In this document: piece by piece, positions 62,447 through 64,000 of the stretch
How positions within the stretch are numbered: the first letter of the stretch is position 1
Layout: the number at the start of each line of letters is the position of its first letter
Assembly: GCA_032430995.1 (NCBI GenBank)
Contig: GCA_032430995.1_3952.1
DNA from: a phage
Length of the DNA stretch: 64,000 bases
Strand: one strand, 5' to 3'
Program-made: the position numbers and the translations under genes
The notes under the pieces: generated by a model
Database searches by the model: none
Seen by the model: only the letters and a program-made list of their open reading frames with translations
Told to the model about the DNA's origin: nothing

Positions 62447-62680
62447 TCACTCAATAACCGTAGTGTGTGATTGGCTATTTTTACCATATCTATAAGATGT
62501 TGTTGTTTGAGAGTTTGGACATCTGACAACAACAATATCTGTGCTTATTGCATCCCCATTTAACTTATAGACTTTGCAATCTTGCATCTCTGGTGGGAGG
62601 CTATAAGAAGCGTTTTTGTCCTCGTAAGATGGGTTACAGCCAGACAGAAAGATAACACCAACACAATTACTGCTTTCCAC
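62447..62680 (-). CDS. putative lipoprotein
   Basis: signal peptide with lipobox FLSGC. Confidence 0.4.
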   Translation of the reverse strand: MESSNCVGVIFLSGCNPSYEDKNASYSLPPEMQDCKVYKLNGDAISTDIVVVRCPNSQTTTSYRYGKNSQSHTTVIE

Positions 62681-62869
62681 ATAATACTTCTCCTATTACT
62701 GTTCACGATGTTCTACCTCTCTGTACGTTCGTCGATAGTTTATAATAAGCTGTGCTAATTCATTGCTTTTAACATCTGAACGTAGCAGTTGCCAATCAAA
62801 ACCTTTACCGACTCTTCCATATAAACTAAATAATTTTACTTTGCGTTTCATTTTGATGTCCCCCAATAC

Positions 62870-63097
62870 TCAGAGGTCAATACTAATACGTTCACCCTTA
62901 AGGACTCCTGTACGGTCCCTTGCAATCTTACCGTCAACAATAAGGATATGTGCAGACCTTAAAGATTCACTATTAAAACCTTTTACGAACTTACTAGGCA
63001 TAACCACAATAAGCATCTCCTGAATCAACTCTGGAGTATAGCAGTTGTCGTGAAGTTGCTGAATAACGTCTGCAAGTGTCATTTTTGATGTCTCCAA
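62870..63097 (-). CDS. hypothetical protein
   Basis: 75-aa ORF. Confidence 0.4.
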   Translation of the reverse strand: METSKMTLADVIQQLHDNCYTPELIQEMLIVVMPSKFVKGFNSESLRSAHILIVDGKIARDRTGVLKGERISIDL

Positions 63098-63288
63098 TAC
63101 TCAATGTCAATAAGTTCTTGTGCAATGCTTTTCAGATTACCTTTCAAGAAAACCTTCTCAGAACCTGAAAGAGATGAATTGTCAATCAACCTGTTCATTC
63201 TCTCAAACAACTTCTGCTTACGATTCTTGATAGTTTCCTTTGAAGCACCTTTCATCATCGCTGCATGGGTTCTTCCACGGTGGCTCAT
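63079..63288 (-). CDS. hypothetical small basic protein
   Basis: 69-aa ORF. Confidence 0.4.
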   Translation of the reverse strand: MSHRGRTHAAMMKGASKETIKNRKQKLFERMNRLIDNSSLSGSEKVFLKGNLKSIAQELIDIEYWRHQK

Positions 63289-63349
63289 AAGCCCTCCTAT
63301 ATAAGATATTGTATAAGGTACTCTTCCATGAGCACCTTGTCAATACTAA

Positions 63350-64000
63350 TTAGTGTACTTCAAGCCAGCTTTTACCAACCTTACCAGTACCTGTTACAAG
63401 TGTTTCTTTCTTTAGACCTAAGTTCTTAGAAGCTTGTCCATAATACCAGTCGGTAACTGCTTTCACTTCTGCCGTCATACTTTCTGGACATTCCCAACTT
63501 GTTTCATCGTGATATGCACAGAGTAAACGAGCACCAATAGCTGGTTGACGACCATTTAACTTCATCAAACCTTCGTCAATCATACGACGACAAGCAAGGT
63601 TAATTGCCTCATTTTGAATCTGAGCCTCTGAACCCATCAAAAGATAGTTCAACAGTTTGTGTGGAGATTTACACCACAACCAAGCTCCAGCAACCTTTAC
63701 AAATCCCCCTTTAGAGATTGCAGCGGTCTTACCAAACACCTCTTCAAGTGCCTTTTTAGTTGCTTTGTAGTCAGCTTCCAAGTCATCCAGCAGCTTCTTA
63801 ATCTTAGGTAAACGAATAAAGTAAGTCTGTTTAGTCAGTGCACCTTCCTGAGTAGTTGCAGCTTTAATCGTCTTAGCAAACTTCTCATCACCTGCACCGA
63901 ACAGCAGTGCATAGATACCATTCTTAGCTTTCTTACGACCCTTGCTAATCTCATGGAGAAGGTTCTCATCCTGAGTAGCTCGACAAGTCAAGATATCCTG
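63350..64000 (-). CDS. DNA polymerase, family A, C-terminal part (truncated by window end)
   Basis: motif-B-like RKKAKNGIYALLFG and motif-C-like CAYHDE; ORF open to window edge. Confidence 0.55.
   Translation of the reverse strand, partial: QDILTCRATQDENLLHEISKGRKKAKNGIYALLFGAGDEKFAKTIKAATTQEGALTKQTYFIRLPKIKKLLDDLEADYKATKKALEEVFGKTAAISKGGFVKVAGAWLWCKSPHKLLNYLLMGSEAQIQNEAINLACRRMIDEGLMKLNGRQPAIGARLLCAYHDETSWECPESMTAEVKAVTDWYYGQASKNLGLKKETLVTGTGKVGKSWLEVH

Overview
This window reads as a contiguous segment of a virulent tailed dsDNA phage genome with a contractile-tail (myovirus-type) structural module; no integrase, transposase or host-like genes were seen. From left to right: (1) an early plus-strand block with rIIA and rIIB homologs, a secreted SLT-type transglycosylase, a HAD-type nucleotidase-like protein, small overlapping ORFs and a macro-domain protein; (2) a 5.5-kb hyperplastic block of 12 small ORFs, each behind a near-identical promoter / stem-loop / leader cassette; (3) a 1.6-kb ORF-free region packed with degenerate short repeats between convergent terminators; (4) a minus-strand block of small genes including a T4-type lysozyme and an Ig-repeat protein; (5) a Ro60/Rsr-like TROVE+vWA protein immediately upstream of an array of about 27 tRNA genes with conserved structured spacers; (6) a complete morphogenesis module (terminase, portal, protease/scaffold, capsid, sheath, tube, frameshifted chaperones, tape measure, baseplate, two tail fibers); (7) a minus-strand nucleotide-metabolism and replication block (thymidylate synthase, DHFR, ATP-dependent ligase, partial family-A DNA polymerase). 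All calls are from reading the sequence and ORF translations by eye; tRNA anticodons and coordinates are hand-folded and may be off by a few bases. The most interesting candidate is the Rsr-like protein next to tRNA-like structured RNAs (a possible phage Ro/Y-RNA system), followed by the ORF-free repeat region and the cassette array.
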